A DNA stretch of 64,000 nucleotides from Frankiales bacterium (GCA_033851265.1 JAWWOW010000023.1:96675-160674); one strand, 5' to 3'; shown: positions 29,391 through 40,067, counted from the first letter of the stretch. Numbers and translations: made by a program. Notes: generated from the sequence alone by a model not told the origin.

Positions 29391-30115
29391 GTCGTGTGCG
29401 GTCGCTAGCCCGAATCGGAATCGTGGTTGCGCTCGGAGCCGTCGTCGGGTGCTCCGGCGCTGGCAGCGGTCCGAGTAACTCACCGGCCCCCGTCCGTGGG
29501 GTGGCGGCGCTCGACCGGGCTATCGAGGGCATCAACGCGAGTCGGGGGCCGCTGGTCAGCGCGATGAACGCGGTTGTCGCGGCCGCGAACCATATTGATG
29601 CTGTCGACGAGGTGACCGTCAAGGGCGACGTCAAGAAGGTGCAGCCGGTCCGGCGCAAGAACATCGTCGACGTCCCCGCAGTCACCGACGTGGTTGGCAG
29701 GCTGCCGGCTCGGATCCGCGCCTATACCGCCGCGCTGAACACGCTCGCGGCTGCCGCGAATGCCAAGGATGTTCCCGCGCATCCGGCGGAAGCGGTGCGT
29801 CAGGTGGTCGGCGTCGGGCGGGCTGAGGCAGCGGCCGACGATGCGTTCGTGCGCGGCGTGGTGGTTGCTTGGCCGGCGTACGCGACCTTGTCGGGACTGC
29901 AGGCGCTGTGGTTCGAGCGGGCGAACAGTGGGTGGTACGAAACGACGAAGCTGGCGGCGCAGGAGTACGCCGTGCTGACCGACCGCGTCAGGGCGACGAC
30001 GAGCCGGGCGTCCCAGCTGTTTGCGTCGACCGATCAGCCGCGACGCGATGCGGCCGACACCTGGGCGGAGACGCTGAAACAGATCGGACCGATTCTGCAT
30101 CCGGAGCGATCGTGA
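29387..30115 (+). CDS. Hypothetical lipoprotein
   Basis: Lipobox-like VVGC after a hydrophobic stretch; coupled start. Confidence 0.7.
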   Translation: MSRVRSLARIGIVVALGAVVGCSGAGSGPSNSPAPVRGVAALDRAIEGINASRGPLVSAMNAVVAAANHIDAVDEVTVKGDVKKVQPVRRKNIVDVPAVTDVVGRLPARIRAYTAALNTLAAAANAKDVPAHPAEAVRQVVGVGRAEAAADDAFVRGVVVAWPAYATLSGLQALWFERANSGWYETTKLAAQEYAVLTDRVRATTSRASQLFASTDQPRRDAADTWAETLKQIGPILHPERS

Positions 30116-30154
30116 CCAGCCCACAGCCGGCGACTTCGTCCGTACGATGACCCG

Positions 30155-31531
30155 GTGAGCACGCGTCCGCGGGGGTGGAACACGCGCCGGCTCATCCTCC
30201 TGGCCAACGTCGCGTGCCTGCTGATCAACGTGGGTGTCATCGCGAGCCGGGTCAGCGATGACCCCAGTGCGCGTGGCAAGCCCGCGGCAGCGAAGCAGGG
30301 AGCCGCCACCGACCGCAACGCCCGGCCGACGGTCGACACGTTCTCACCCGATTCCGCTGAAGGGCGCGATGCAGCGGTGCGCGATGTGCTGAACCGTCGG
30401 GCGCGCGCGTTGCTGCACAAGGACCGCTCGGCATTGCTTGCCACGATCGATCCATCGTCGAAGAAGTTCCGCGATCAGCAGTCGTCGTACTTCAACAACG
30501 TGACGAAGGTGCCGTTCGGCTCATGGAGCTACACAGTCGAAGACGGCATCGAGGCTCCCAACAGCGGCAGTCAGTTCCAGCACTACTTATCGTCAGTGTG
30601 GGTGCCGCACGTACGCATCCACTACACCCTCGCTGGGTTTGACCGGGTCCCGGCGATCAGCGATGCGTACTTCACCTTCGTCAAGCGCGGCTCGAAGTGG
30701 CTGATCGGCTCGGACGCGGACGACGCGCATCTCGGTTTCGCCACGACGCGTGAGATCTGGGACTTCGGCCCGATCACCGTCCTACGCAGCAAGAAGGGAC
30801 TCGTGCTCGGCCATCCGAAGAGTCGAGTGTCGCTGCGCACGATGGCCGACGAGATCGACAGGGACGTGCCTCGCGTTAGCGCGGTGTGGGGCACGGCGTG
30901 GTCGCAGCGTGTTGTCGCACTCGTGCCATCAACGCAGAGCGAGCTGTCGAAGATGCTCAGCGGCGCCGGCGATCTCAGCAAGATCGCGGCGGTGGCTACT
31001 GCCGAGCTCGAGGGCGAGGAGACCACGAAGGCGGTCGGCGACCGCGTCATCGTTAACCCGTCGAATTTCGTGAAGCTGGGGCCGCTCGGGCGGCGTGTTG
31101 TGGTGACGCACGAGATCACCCACGTCGCGACGAGGCAGGCCACCGGGAGCCTGGTGCCGACGTGGTTGGTCGAAGGCATCGCTGACTACGTGGGCTACAA
31201 GGGCACCGATGTGCCGGTGACAGTGGCGGCAAGTGAGTTGCGCCGCGACCTGGCACGGGGTACGCCGGTCGGCTCGTTGCCTACCGACAAGGCGTTCGCC
31301 GGAACCAACAAGAAGCTGGCGCAGGCATATGAGAAGGCATGGCTCGCGTGCATGTTTGTTGCGGAGACCTTCGGCCAGTCAACGTTGCTGCGGCTCTACC
31401 GCGTCGTCGGTGCGCAGACGCGAGGCAACGAGACGACCGCGACGGACCGGTCGCTGCGCACGGTCGTGCATCTGACGCTGAAGGCGTTCACGGCACGGTG
31501 GGCGTCCTACGTGCGTAGCCAGCTGGCGTGA
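30155..31531 (+). CDS. Membrane-anchored peptidase MA-like protein (Rv2189c-like)
   Basis: HEITH...WLVEGIADYV gluzincin motif; N-terminal TM. Confidence 0.8.
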   Translation: MSTRPRGWNTRRLILLANVACLLINVGVIASRVSDDPSARGKPAAAKQGAATDRNARPTVDTFSPDSAEGRDAAVRDVLNRRARALLHKDRSALLATIDPSSKKFRDQQSSYFNNVTKVPFGSWSYTVEDGIEAPNSGSQFQHYLSSVWVPHVRIHYTLAGFDRVPAISDAYFTFVKRGSKWLIGSDADDAHLGFATTREIWDFGPITVLRSKKGLVLGHPKSRVSLRTMADEIDRDVPRVSAVWGTAWSQRVVALVPSTQSELSKMLSGAGDLSKIAAVATAELEGEETTKAVGDRVIVNPSNFVKLGPLGRRVVVTHEITHVATRQATGSLVPTWLVEGIADYVGYKGTDVPVTVAASELRRDLARGTPVGSLPTDKAFAGTNKKLAQAYEKAWLACMFVAETFGQSTLLRLYRVVGAQTRGNETTATDRSLRTVVHLTLKAFTARWASYVRSQLA

Positions 31532-32829
31532 GCAACGGCCGGCTGCCAGCCGCGATCACGCTCGTCGTCCTGCTCGTCGCTCTCGGCGTGACGATCGGCG
31601 TGATGACGCCGTGGAATCCGCTGCCGGGCAAGCACCAGCAGGTGAGCGTGTCGCGGGACTTCACGCCGACTGAGGTGGCGCACGAGAGTGCGTTTCACCG
31701 AGCGGTCCGACCCTGGTCCTATGGCTCGATGGCGCTGGGTCTGGTTATCGCGCTGGTGCTGGGGTTCACGTCGTTCGGTGCCCGGCTGATCGAGGCGGTC
31801 GCGCGGCCGTTCGGTGGCGGGTGGCCGACTCGCGCCGGACTCGGCGCGGTGGTGCTCGTGTTGGTCGTCTCGTTGTTGACATTGCCGCTGGACGCGCGGT
31901 CGGAAGTCGCGTTGCGCCGCTATGGCTTGTCGACGCAGAACTGGAGCGGCTGGTTCGCGGACCGCGCCAAAGGCTTCGGTTTGTCCGTCGTTCTATTGGC
32001 CGTGGTGGCGATCGTCGGGTTCGCCGTCGTCCGGGCGTGGCCGCACGGGTGGTGGGCGCCGCTGGCGGCGTTGGCTGCGGGGGCCGTCGTACTGCTGTCC
32101 TTCGTGTTGCCGGTGGTCGTGGAGCCGGTGTTCAACACGTTCACACCGATGCAGGACGGTCCCCTGCGCGACTCGCTGATGACGCTCGCTCGTGAAGATG
32201 GGGTGCCGGTCAAAGAGGTGCTCGTCGCGGATGCGTCTCGGCGTACAACTTCGTTGAATGCGTATGTGTCGGGATTCGGTGCCACGCGGCGGATCGTTGT
32301 CTATGACACGTTGGTCGAGAAGTCGACGCCGGAGGAAGTGCGGCTGGTCGTCGCCCACGAGCTCGGGCATGCCAAACGCAAGGACGTGTTGACAGGCACG
32401 ATCGAAGGGGCGTTGGGAGCAGCCGCTGCTGTCTGCGGGCTCTATCTCTTGTTGTCGTGGGGCCCGTTGCTGCGGCGAGCGGGCGTGCCGTCGTTGGGAG
32501 ATCCGCGATCGTTGGCGTTGGTGATGGCTTTGTTGGTCGTGGCCGGCTTCGCAATCGGACCGTTGACGAACATCGTCAGTCGTCGGATCGAGGCGCGGGC
32601 TGATGTTCACTCGCTCGAGCTGACGCATGACCCCGACGTCTTCGTGCAGTCCGAGCGCACGTTGAACGTGCGCAACCTCGGTGACCTGAATCCAAACCCA
32701 TTCGTATATGCGATGTTCGCGACGCATCCGAGCGGGCCTGAGCGGATCGCGCTCGCACGAACCTGGGCGCAGCAGCACGGCCTGCCTGATCCGCCGTCGC
32801 TGGCACCGGCCGGCGCTGAAAGCCCGTGA
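31528..32829 (+). CDS. M48 (Ste24-like) zinc metalloprotease
   Basis: NAYVSGFG, HELGH, EARAD and THP...ERI motifs. Confidence 0.92.
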   Translation: MSNGRLPAAITLVVLLVALGVTIGVMTPWNPLPGKHQQVSVSRDFTPTEVAHESAFHRAVRPWSYGSMALGLVIALVLGFTSFGARLIEAVARPFGGGWPTRAGLGAVVLVLVVSLLTLPLDARSEVALRRYGLSTQNWSGWFADRAKGFGLSVVLLAVVAIVGFAVVRAWPHGWWAPLAALAAGAVVLLSFVLPVVVEPVFNTFTPMQDGPLRDSLMTLAREDGVPVKEVLVADASRRTTSLNAYVSGFGATRRIVVYDTLVEKSTPEEVRLVVAHELGHAKRKDVLTGTIEGALGAAAAVCGLYLLLSWGPLLRRAGVPSLGDPRSLALVMALLVVAGFAIGPLTNIVSRRIEARADVHSLELTHDPDVFVQSERTLNVRNLGDLNPNPFVYAMFATHPSGPERIALARTWAQQHGLPDPPSLAPAGAESP

Positions 32830-33941
32830 GCCGCACGCTCGTCGTCACGAACGACTTCCCGCCTCGACCGGGAGGCATTCAAGCGTTCGTGCACGGATTG
32901 GTGTCGCGGCTGCCCGCTGACGAGGTCGTCGTGTACGCGTCCACGTATCAGGGAGCAGCTGCGTTCGATGCGACGCAGTCGTATCCGGTGGTGCGCTACC
33001 CCGGTGGGCTGATGGTCCCGACGCCGCGGGTGGCCAAACAGGCTTGGGAGATCGCACGCGCCGAACGCTGTGACTCGGTGTGGTTCGGCGCGTCGGCGCC
33101 CCTCGGGCTGTTGGCGTCTGGGTTACGGGGCGTTGGTGTGTCACGGTTCGTCGCAACGACGCATGGTCATGAGGTCGGTTGGGCGAAGCTGCCCGTTGCG
33201 CGCCAACTACTGCGTCGTATTGGCACGTCTGTCGACGTCGTGACCTATCTCGGTGAGTACACCCGTCGACGGTTGGCACCGGCGTTCGGTCGCGGCGTAC
33301 GGATGGAGCAGTTGGCCCCCGGCGTCGACACCGAGATGTTCCGCCCGGACGTGGCGTCAATGCGAGCGAAAGTTGGGCTTGCGGATCGACCGGTCGTGGT
33401 GTGCGTCTCGCGGTTAGTCGCGCGAAAAGGTCAGGACACGTTGATCCGCGCGCTGCCGTCGATCCGGCAGCGTGTTCCTGATGCAGCACTGTTGCTCGTC
33501 GGGGGAGGGCCATATCAGTCGACGCTCGAACGGATTGCTCGGGAGAACGGCGTCGAGGGCAACGTTGTCATCACTGGCTCCGTCCCATGGCCAGAGCTTC
33601 CGTCGTACTACGCAGCGGGCGATGTGTTTGCGATGCCGTGCCGCACCCGTCGCGGTGGGCTCGACGTCGAGGGTCTCGGCGTTGTCTATCTCGAAGCCGC
33701 CGCAGCCGGACTGCCTGTCGTCGCCGGCAACAGCGGGGGAGCACCGGACGCCGTCCTCGACGGCGAGACCGGAGTGGTTGTCGAGGGCGCGTCGGTCCCC
33801 GCAGTTGCCGCCGCGGTTGGTGATCTGCTCAGCGATCCCGCTCGCGCGCAGGGGATGGGTAAGAACGGTCGCGCGTGGGTCGAAGAGAAATGGCGGTGGG
33901 AGACCGTCGCGGCTCGTCTGCAGGGCTTCCTCCACCGCTGA
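32826..33941 (+). CDS. pimB: GT4 phosphatidylinositol mannoside mannosyltransferase (PimB'-like)
   Basis: TNDFPPRPGGIQ, HGHEVGW, RKGQD and EGLGVVYLEA; synteny with Rv2188c. Confidence 0.88.
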   Translation: MSRTLVVTNDFPPRPGGIQAFVHGLVSRLPADEVVVYASTYQGAAAFDATQSYPVVRYPGGLMVPTPRVAKQAWEIARAERCDSVWFGASAPLGLLASGLRGVGVSRFVATTHGHEVGWAKLPVARQLLRRIGTSVDVVTYLGEYTRRRLAPAFGRGVRMEQLAPGVDTEMFRPDVASMRAKVGLADRPVVVCVSRLVARKGQDTLIRALPSIRQRVPDAALLLVGGGPYQSTLERIARENGVEGNVVITGSVPWPELPSYYAAGDVFAMPCRTRRGGLDVEGLGVVYLEAAAAGLPVVAGNSGGAPDAVLDGETGVVVEGASVPAVAAAVGDLLSDPARAQGMGKNGRAWVEEKWRWETVAARLQGFLHR

Positions 33942-34153
33942 CCGAACAGAACCGGCGCAGGACCAGGTCCCTGTGCCGTCCTCTGCTCTGCTTCCGTCTG
34001 AGCACCAGAGCAGAGCGCAGCGAAGGGCACCCGGACCCGGCAGCTACCGGACGTTCCCCAATGCACTACAGCGCTGATGACGTTGGCAATGAACTCATTG
34101 AACTTCGAGCGCGCCGTGACCGCTGGAACAGCACCAGAAATCACGATGTGAGG

Positions 34154-35263
34154 CTAGGTCAACCGCATTGGTCGTGCGGGGTCTCTTACCGTGGCCACCG
34201 CGAAGAATGGAAATAGGCTGCGCGGGTTCCCGAAGGCAACGCCGTCGACGTGCCGACGACTCATGATGACGACTCCGTCGTCGACGACGAGACGGGCGCG
34301 ACTGTCGATGTCGAGCTGGATGCCGAACCCTTTGTCGCGAAGAAGACGCATCCCTGCACGGCTGGGTCGAGAGCCGTACGGGTAGACCAAGATGTCGATG
34401 GGTCCAAGGAGTCCGCGGGTGAGGGTCTGCCAGCGTGTGGTGTCACGCCGGATGGTGGCAAGCGAGTCATTGCCAAGCGTGATGTGGCCGTAGGTGTGGC
34501 TAGCGAGCGTCCACCCCGAAGCGGTGAGTCGTGAGGCCAGTGCACGCACACGAGCTCGTGCCGCAGGTACGTCGAGGTTGTGTTCACCGAACAATCCTTC
34601 GTAGCCGGTGAGTGCGAGGATGCCTCGCGCGCCGTCCGCCGAAAGCTCTGGATGTGTGGTGACCGCTGCCTCGACAAGAGGGACTACATCGTTGCTCGTG
34701 AGGCGCGTGCCGGTCCGGTCCGTGTACTGGGCCCGGACGGCACCTTCTGGAGTTAGGACGAGTCGTGACGCCAAACCGCGTCCGCGGAAGTAGCCGTAGT
34801 AATTGACGTCGTCTTCACAGAGCACGAGCGGCTTGCGTCCGACCGGGACGCGGACGCGTCCGGTCGCGACGCGATGAGGGTCGACGAGCGTCCAGCCGTT
34901 GTGCCACAACTGATCGAGGATGGCGCTGAACTCTCGCGCAGTGATGAAGTAATCCTGGAAGCCGCGTCCGAGCGTGTCGTCGGTGAACGCAAGTTCCGGA
35001 CGCAGCACCAGTGGATGGACAAATAGCTGCTCGACTGGCCCGTGCCAACCCACCAACCGCGCTGTTGGGGAGATGGCGGGTTCGGGCGTTCGGGAACGTG
35101 GTGTTGGGCTGCCCTGGCCGGCGGTGCCATCGGCTGCCGCAGACAAATGCGGATGTGAGGACCGTCCGCTGACAATGTCCCAGGCGAACAAGAAGCTTGC
35201 CGCCATAGCGACGACGGCCAGGAACGCTAGCCCCAGTCGCACAATCCTTCTGTCGAGTTTCAC
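34154..35263 (-). CDS. Membrane-anchored polysaccharide deacetylase family protein
   Basis: N-terminal TM; HPL, EDDVNYY, ASHTYGH and YPYG motifs. Confidence 0.78.
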   Translation of the reverse strand: MKLDRRIVRLGLAFLAVVAMAASFLFAWDIVSGRSSHPHLSAAADGTAGQGSPTPRSRTPEPAISPTARLVGWHGPVEQLFVHPLVLRPELAFTDDTLGRGFQDYFITAREFSAILDQLWHNGWTLVDPHRVATGRVRVPVGRKPLVLCEDDVNYYGYFRGRGLASRLVLTPEGAVRAQYTDRTGTRLTSNDVVPLVEAAVTTHPELSADGARGILALTGYEGLFGEHNLDVPAARARVRALASRLTASGWTLASHTYGHITLGNDSLATIRRDTTRWQTLTRGLLGPIDILVYPYGSRPSRAGMRLLRDKGFGIQLDIDSRARLVVDDGVVIMSRRHVDGVAFGNPRSLFPFFAVATVRDPARPMRLT

Positions 35264-35385
35264 CCTGAGCCCCTAGACGTCGCCGCCGATCATGCCCGTC
35301 GGGAGGGCCACGCGGGTGCAAGCACGCCGATGCTCAACCTCGGCACGTGGCGATTGTTGTCCTGGGCTCACGCTATGTTCCCGAC

Positions 35386-35823
35386 GTGGCGGAGCTCTTC
35401 GTTGCCGATGAATGTCTGTACCTACGCCTTTCGGGCTTCGAAACTGCGCTGACGCTATGCCGGAGCAGGACGACGCCGATTTCGGCTATTCGCGGGGTGG
35501 GCGTCGCTGATCGGGCGGGTCATGAACTGGCAGTAGCGCTGGGCTTTCCCTTCCCGCACTACTGGACTCCGAGCACCCGCATCGGTCGCTGGTGGACGCC
35601 GAGTGGTTGCTACCTCGTGTCGACGCGCCGCGGCAAGCCGGTGATCGTGATCGACCTGCCGTCGTGGTGGACGCGCCGCCTCTACGTCTCCGTCGAGAAC
35701 CCCCACGTTGTGCTCGAGCACCTTCCTGCTCGGGCGCGCGACATGTCGGACCAGTTACAGCCCGGGCTCGATGGAACCGCTGACCTGTGGCGTCGCGAAC
35801 CGGACGACCAAGGCAACACATAG
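35386..35823 (+). CDS. Hypothetical protein (PH-like)
   Basis: Open frame with RLSGFE..PISAIRGV...RLYVSVENP pattern; start uncertain. Confidence 0.5.
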   Translation: MAELFVADECLYLRLSGFETALTLCRSRTTPISAIRGVGVADRAGHELAVALGFPFPHYWTPSTRIGRWWTPSGCYLVSTRRGKPVIVIDLPSWWTRRLYVSVENPHVVLEHLPARARDMSDQLQPGLDGTADLWRREPDDQGNT

Positions 35824-35940
35824 TCGTCCTTGGCCGACTTGAGGCCGCAGTGGACCAACGCGCATGCACCCTGTCGCATGCGCCCGGTATGGCCCTATCT
35901 AGCCATCTAGGCAGAGACCGGACGAGCCGAAGTCATATAT

Positions 35941-36228
35941 GTGCGAACGGCAACCAATGAACCCGGCCTCCTCGACAGCCTGATCTCCGCGCTTCGTGCC
36001 TACGAGCCGGCGGAGTATGCCGCTGTCCCGGGCCTGGCACCCGCAGCAGTCCCGGCGGCTCGGGTACCAGCCCCGCGCCGCGCCGAGGTCACCGTCGCGG
36101 CTGCTCCCGCTGATGTGACGACCGCCCCCGAGGAATCCGAAGCGCCTGAATCCGACGAGTCGACGAACGTCGACATGCCTGCGATGTACCGAGAGTTCCG
36201 CGGTCTCGCCCCGGAGGACGCAGCGTAA
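35941..36228 (+). CDS. Small hypothetical acidic protein
   Basis: GC3-biased frame filling the intergenic gap; no known motif. Confidence 0.45.
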   Translation: MRTATNEPGLLDSLISALRAYEPAEYAAVPGLAPAAVPAARVPAPRRAEVTVAAAPADVTTAPEESEAPESDESTNVDMPAMYREFRGLAPEDAA

Positions 36229-36250
36229 GGCTGCGTCCGGCCGCCAGCCT

Positions 36251-38047
36251 CTACTTGGTGTAGAGGGCGTCGATCTCGTCCGCGAAGTCCTTCGCGACGA
36301 CATTCCGCTTCAGCTTCAACGTCGGTGTGATGTGTCCGCCGTCCTCGGTGAAGTCCACTGCCAGGATGCGGAATTTTCTAATGGACTCCGCATGCGAGAC
36401 GGCCTTGTTGGCCTCGTCCACTGCTTCCTGGACCGTCTTGTTGAGGTCCTCGTCCTCGCGCAGGTCCTCGACGGTCGCGTCATCCGGCTTGGCGTGATCA
36501 CGCTTCCATGCCGGGAACGCCTCCTCGTCGATCGTGACCAGCGCCGCGATGAACGGCTGGTTGTCGCCGACGACCATGCACTGCGAGATCAGCGGGTGAG
36601 CGCGCAGGCGGTCCTCGAGTACGGCGGGGGAGACGTTCTTACCGCCGGCCGTGACGATGAGCTCCTTCTTGCGCCCCGTGATCTTGAGGAACCCATCCTC
36701 GTCGAGCTCGCCGATGTCGCCGGTGTGGAACCACCCGTCGTTCTCGAGCGCTTCTTTCGTCGCGTCTGCGTTGTGCCAGTAGCCGCGGAAGACGTTGCTG
36801 CCCTTCAACAGGATCTCGCCGTCGTCAGCGATGCGGACCGTGACGCCGGGGATCGGCTTGCCGACCGTGCCGATGCGAATGGAGTCGGGCAGGTTCAGCG
36901 TCGCGCCGGCCGACGTCTCGGTCAGCCCGTAGCCCTCGAGCACCGTGATGCCGACGCCGCGGAAGAAGTGTCCCAGCCGCGCACCCAGCGGCGCACCGCC
37001 GGACACGGCGTATTCGACCTGACCACCGAGCGCCGCGCGCAACTTTCCGTAGACCAACCGGTCGTAGAGTCGGTGCTGCACCTTCAGCAGCAGCGACGGT
37101 CCGCCCTTGTCCTCCATCGCCTCGCTGTACTTCACCGCGATTGACTCGGCACGGTCGAAGATCGCGCCCTTGCCGGACGAGTGCGCCTTGTTCTTCGCGG
37201 TCGTATAGACCTTCTCGAAGATTCGCGGCACCGACAGGATGAACGTCGGTTGGAAGATCGCGAAGTCGGGCAGCAGGTTCTTGATGTCGTTCGTGTGCCC
37301 GAAGCGCACGCGCGTGCGAATACATCCGACCTGGATCAGCCGCGCGAACACATGCGCCAGCGGCAGGAACAGCAACGTGGAGTTCGACGAGTCGAAAAGC
37401 TCGCCGAGCCCCTCGGTCGTGGCGGCCGAGTCGAAGATGAAGTTCTCGTGCGTGAGCTCGCAACCCTTGGGCCGACCGGTCGTCCCCGACGTGTAGATGA
37501 TGGTCGCGAGCGAGTCGGCCTTGAGAGTGCGGCGACGCTCGGTCAGATCGTCGTCGGTGACCTGCGTCCCGCTGTGCGACAGATCGGCGAGGGAGCCGGC
37601 GTCGATCGACCACACGTTCTTAATGTCCGGCAGCTCGCTTGCAACCTCGTCGTACGCCTTCCGGTGGTCTGACGTCTCGGTGATCAACGCCTTGGCGCCG
37701 GAGTCACCGAGGATCCACGCGACCTGCTCCGGGGAGGACGTCTCGTAGATCGGCACGGGTACGGCGCCCGCGGACCAGATCGCGTAGTCGGCGAGGGTCC
37801 ACTCGTAGCGGGTGCGGGACATCAGGCCGACCCGGTCGCCCGGCTCGATCCCGGCCGCCATGAAGCCCTTGGCGAGCGCCGCGACCTCGTCGCGGAACTC
37901 CCGCGCGGTTACGTCGGTCCACTTGCCGTCGATCTTGCGGGAGAAGACGACGCGGTCGGGCTCGAGGTCGGCGTTCTCGTAGACGGCATCGGCGACGTTG
38001 GCGTTCGGGTCGACCTCGACCTGGGTCGGGACGGTGTACTCGCGCAC
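36251..38047 (-). CDS. fadD: Long-chain fatty acid-CoA ligase (FadD15-like)
   Basis: IYTSGTTGRPKG, EGYGLTET, TGDIG and TPTLKLKR motifs. Confidence 0.94.
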   Translation of the reverse strand: MREYTVPTQVEVDPNANVADAVYENADLEPDRVVFSRKIDGKWTDVTAREFRDEVAALAKGFMAAGIEPGDRVGLMSRTRYEWTLADYAIWSAGAVPVPIYETSSPEQVAWILGDSGAKALITETSDHRKAYDEVASELPDIKNVWSIDAGSLADLSHSGTQVTDDDLTERRRTLKADSLATIIYTSGTTGRPKGCELTHENFIFDSAATTEGLGELFDSSNSTLLFLPLAHVFARLIQVGCIRTRVRFGHTNDIKNLLPDFAIFQPTFILSVPRIFEKVYTTAKNKAHSSGKGAIFDRAESIAVKYSEAMEDKGGPSLLLKVQHRLYDRLVYGKLRAALGGQVEYAVSGGAPLGARLGHFFRGVGITVLEGYGLTETSAGATLNLPDSIRIGTVGKPIPGVTVRIADDGEILLKGSNVFRGYWHNADATKEALENDGWFHTGDIGELDEDGFLKITGRKKELIVTAGGKNVSPAVLEDRLRAHPLISQCMVVGDNQPFIAALVTIDEEAFPAWKRDHAKPDDATVEDLREDEDLNKTVQEAVDEANKAVSHAESIRKFRILAVDFTEDGGHITPTLKLKRNVVAKDFADEIDALYTK

Positions 38048-38162
38048 GGCGTGACTCCCCTTCGGAATCCGGCCCCCGCAACCTAACCGGTGGCCGTTAC
38101 CAGCAGGTAGGGCCGTCCCATCCAGTGTGCCTCCCCGCCGCTTGTCCTGGCAGGCTTGCCGC

Positions 38163-38627
38163 GTGCCGCTCGTGGACCTCATCGACGAGACCTACGTCGT
38201 CGCCGCTCCAGCGGTCGTCGCTGAGCGTCTCCGCGACGACGCGCTGTGGCAGCGGCACTGGCCCGGACTCGAGCGCGTCGTTTTCATGGACCGCGGCGAC
38301 AACGGCACCCGGTGGACCGTCACCGGCGCGCTCGTGGGCACCTGCGAGGTGTGGCTCGAGGCGTTCGGCGACGGCACGATCGTCCACTACTTCCTGCGGG
38401 CCGATCCCACCCGGCGCGGCAGTCGAACCGAGCCGGTCACGGGGCGCCCGCGGCGGATGCGGCAGCTGGCGCTGACGACCGGCCGTGAGCACGCGCACCG
38501 CTGGAAGGCCATGGTCAACACGCTCAAGGACACGCTTGAAGCAGGCCGGGATGTCGGCGCGCCCAGAGAAGCGATTAGCCCAAATGGCTCAACCCGGCGG
38601 GCGGACCTGCCGAGAAATGGGCCGTGA
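38163..38627 (+). CDS. Polyketide cyclase/START-like protein (Rv2186c-like)
   Basis: DETYVVA, RWTVTGALVGTCEVWLE and VHYFLRADP. Confidence 0.8.
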   Translation: MPLVDLIDETYVVAAPAVVAERLRDDALWQRHWPGLERVVFMDRGDNGTRWTVTGALVGTCEVWLEAFGDGTIVHYFLRADPTRRGSRTEPVTGRPRRMRQLALTTGREHAHRWKAMVNTLKDTLEAGRDVGAPREAISPNGSTRRADLPRNGP

Positions 38628-39238
38628 CCGCCGACCGCTGCCCGTCGTGTGCGGCCGCCGTCCCGGCAGGGGCGCCGTGGTGCACGTTGTGCTGGGCACC
38701 CCTCCGCAAGCCGGAGCCGGAGCCTGCTTTCGTCAGCGTGCCCGCGACCGATGCTGTCGCTGACGCGCCTGCGGCTGCTCCCGTTGACATAGCTGCCGCC
38801 GCTGCCGCCGCTGCCGCCGCCAACGACGCTGCGCCGGTGCCGGGCACGCCAGCGTTCACGCCCGCGGCGCTCGCGGCCCCACCAACCGTGTCCGCAGCGC
38901 CGGCGCCCGACGTACCAGCGCAGTCGACCGAGCCCGACCCGCTGACTGCGCCGCTCGAACCCGAGGCCCCGGTGTCGACGACGTTCCCGACGCAGGCAAT
39001 CGGCTGGCCGTGCGTGAGCTGCAACATCAGCGTTCCGATCGACGAGGACACCTGCCCCAACTGCGGCCGCCGTTTCCTCGAAGCCCCGCTCGGCGAGGAT
39101 GCCGGGCTAGTCGACAAGCTGCCCGCCATGACGTCGCAGAAGGGATTCACCGCGGCGGTCATCGTCGCCGGATCGTTCGGTGTGACCCTCCTGCTGGTGG
39201 TTCTGCTCGCCGTACTCGGCCTCCTCTTCAAGGGCTAA
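38624..39238 (+). CDS. Double zinc-ribbon protein with Ala/Pro linker and C-terminal TM
   Basis: CPSC..CTLC and CVSC..CPNC; TM ends 2 residues from the C-terminus. Confidence 0.75.
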   Translation: MTADRCPSCAAAVPAGAPWCTLCWAPLRKPEPEPAFVSVPATDAVADAPAAAPVDIAAAAAAAAAANDAAPVPGTPAFTPAALAAPPTVSAAPAPDVPAQSTEPDPLTAPLEPEAPVSTTFPTQAIGWPCVSCNISVPIDEDTCPNCGRRFLEAPLGEDAGLVDKLPAMTSQKGFTAAVIVAGSFGVTLLLVVLLAVLGLLFKG

Positions 39239-39281
39239 TCGCCGGCGCGACCAATCACCCGCGGGTCATACGCTCGTCACC

Positions 39282-40049
39282 ATGCAGGTCAACGTGGTCA
39301 GCGACGTGCACGCCAGTGTTGACGCACTGCGCCGGGCCGGTGACGGCGCCGACGCGCTCATCTGCCTGGGCGACCTCGTGTTGTTCATCGACTACGACGA
39401 CCACGGCGCCGGGATCCTGCCGGACCTGTTCGGCGCCGAGGCCGCCGAGCACTACATCTCGATGCGGTCGGCGTTGCAGTTCGACGAGGCGCGCGCGTTT
39501 TCCAAGACGCTCTGGGATTCCCTCGACCGCGACCGCGGCGAGGTCATCGAAGAAGCCATCCGGGGTCAGTACGCCGCGCTCTTCGGTGCGATGCCGACGC
39601 CGGCGTACGTCACCTACGGCAACGTCGATATCCCGCGCTTCTACGACGACTATCTGCGCGAGGGCATCACGGTGCTCGACGGCCAGACCACCGAGATCGG
39701 CGGTCGGACATTCGGCTTCGTCGGAGGCGGGCTCAAGACCGCGATGAACACGCCGTTCGAGATCTCTGACGAGGAGTACGCCGAGAAGGTCGCCGCAGTC
39801 GGCGCCGTCGATGTGCTCTGCTGTCACATCCCTCCAGCACTGCCTTTACTGACGTACGACGTCATGGGCCGGCGTTTCGAACGGGGGAGCGAGGTGCTCA
39901 TCGACGCGATCCGCGACACCCAGCCCGAGCTCGTGCTGTTCGGCCACGTGCACAACCCGCTCGCCAAGCGGGTGCGCATCGGCCGCACCGAGTGTGTGAA
40001 CGTCGGGCACTTCCGCGGCTCCGGTGAGCCGTACGTGTTGCGCTGGTGA
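39282..40049 (+). CDS. Metallophosphoesterase
   Basis: SDVH, LGDL, YGNVD and FGHVH motifs. Confidence 0.9.
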   Translation: MQVNVVSDVHASVDALRRAGDGADALICLGDLVLFIDYDDHGAGILPDLFGAEAAEHYISMRSALQFDEARAFSKTLWDSLDRDRGEVIEEAIRGQYAALFGAMPTPAYVTYGNVDIPRFYDDYLREGITVLDGQTTEIGGRTFGFVGGGLKTAMNTPFEISDEEYAEKVAAVGAVDVLCCHIPPALPLLTYDVMGRRFERGSEVLIDAIRDTQPELVLFGHVHNPLAKRVRIGRTECVNVGHFRGSGEPYVLRW

Positions 40050-40067
40050 GCGGGTAACCTCCCGGCC

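Noticed and set aside
33942-34153. Possible small gene or RNA after pimB
   Set aside because: No convincing RBS, motif or stable structure was seen.
38791-38822. GCC/GCT triplet run as a microsatellite switch
   Set aside because: It encodes an in-frame poly-Ala linker with mixed codons.
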